A stretch of DNA of 63,998 nt, the filler included, from Octopus bimaculoides (Eukaryota): assembly GCF_001194135.2 (NCBI RefSeq). It is 7 parts of 6 records of this genome, joined end to end, with 100 filler letters (N's around TTAATTAATTAA, not from the genome) between each part and the next. Parts side by side here need not be neighbours in the genome. Positions count along the whole stretch, not along the records: positions 62,902 to 63,998 come from NC_068988.1; 6 more parts are not named here. One strand, written 5' to 3'. The stretch's first letter is position 1. Each line of letters begins with the position of its first letter. The position numbers were made by a program, and so were the translations under genes. A model generated the notes under the pieces. That model made no database searches and was not told the origin of the DNA. It worked only from the letters and a program-made list of their open reading frames with translations. Shown here piece after piece: positions 63,931 to 63,998 of this stretch.

Positions 63931-63998
<68 letters not shown>

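Noticed and set aside
82-63998. Most of the supplied ORFs (poly-YI, HT, CV, L, I, M, S, X)
   Set aside because: Translations of (TA)n, (CA)n, (GA)n and trinucleotide microsatellites, or read-through of N gaps.

Overview
AT-rich, microsatellite-saturated animal genomic DNA with no prokaryotic features and no CRISPR. The repeat families suggest an octopus or other coleoid cephalopod (inference from tRNA-derived CORE-type and Meta-like SINEs and RTE, R4/Dong and Penelope remnants). It is a draft assembly: many N gaps, and six artificial 100-bp joins (N44-TTAATTAATTAA-N44) split it into at least seven pieces of unverified order and orientation. Most track ORFs are microsatellite or gap artefacts. 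One host coding exon is well supported: 52292-52801 (-), signal anchor plus N-terminal part of a JMJD8-like JmjC protein; its downstream exons were not found. Weaker host signals are a candidate 5' exon near 61.3 kb, a promoter and first exon at 26976-27180 (-), and a candidate internal exon at 1702-1834 (-). The rest is transposon debris: RTE, CR1 and R4/Dong LINEs, mariner and DD37D transposases, a Penelope GIY-YIG endonuclease, piggyBac-like, hAT-like and long-TIR MITEs, and several SINE families. The most interesting signals are two minimal hammerhead ribozyme folds with palindromic stem III (48107-48171, in a ~484-bp direct-repeat unit; 45831-45876, behind a fold-back tRNA-like head), suggesting Penelope-associated or retrozyme-like self-cleaving repeats.
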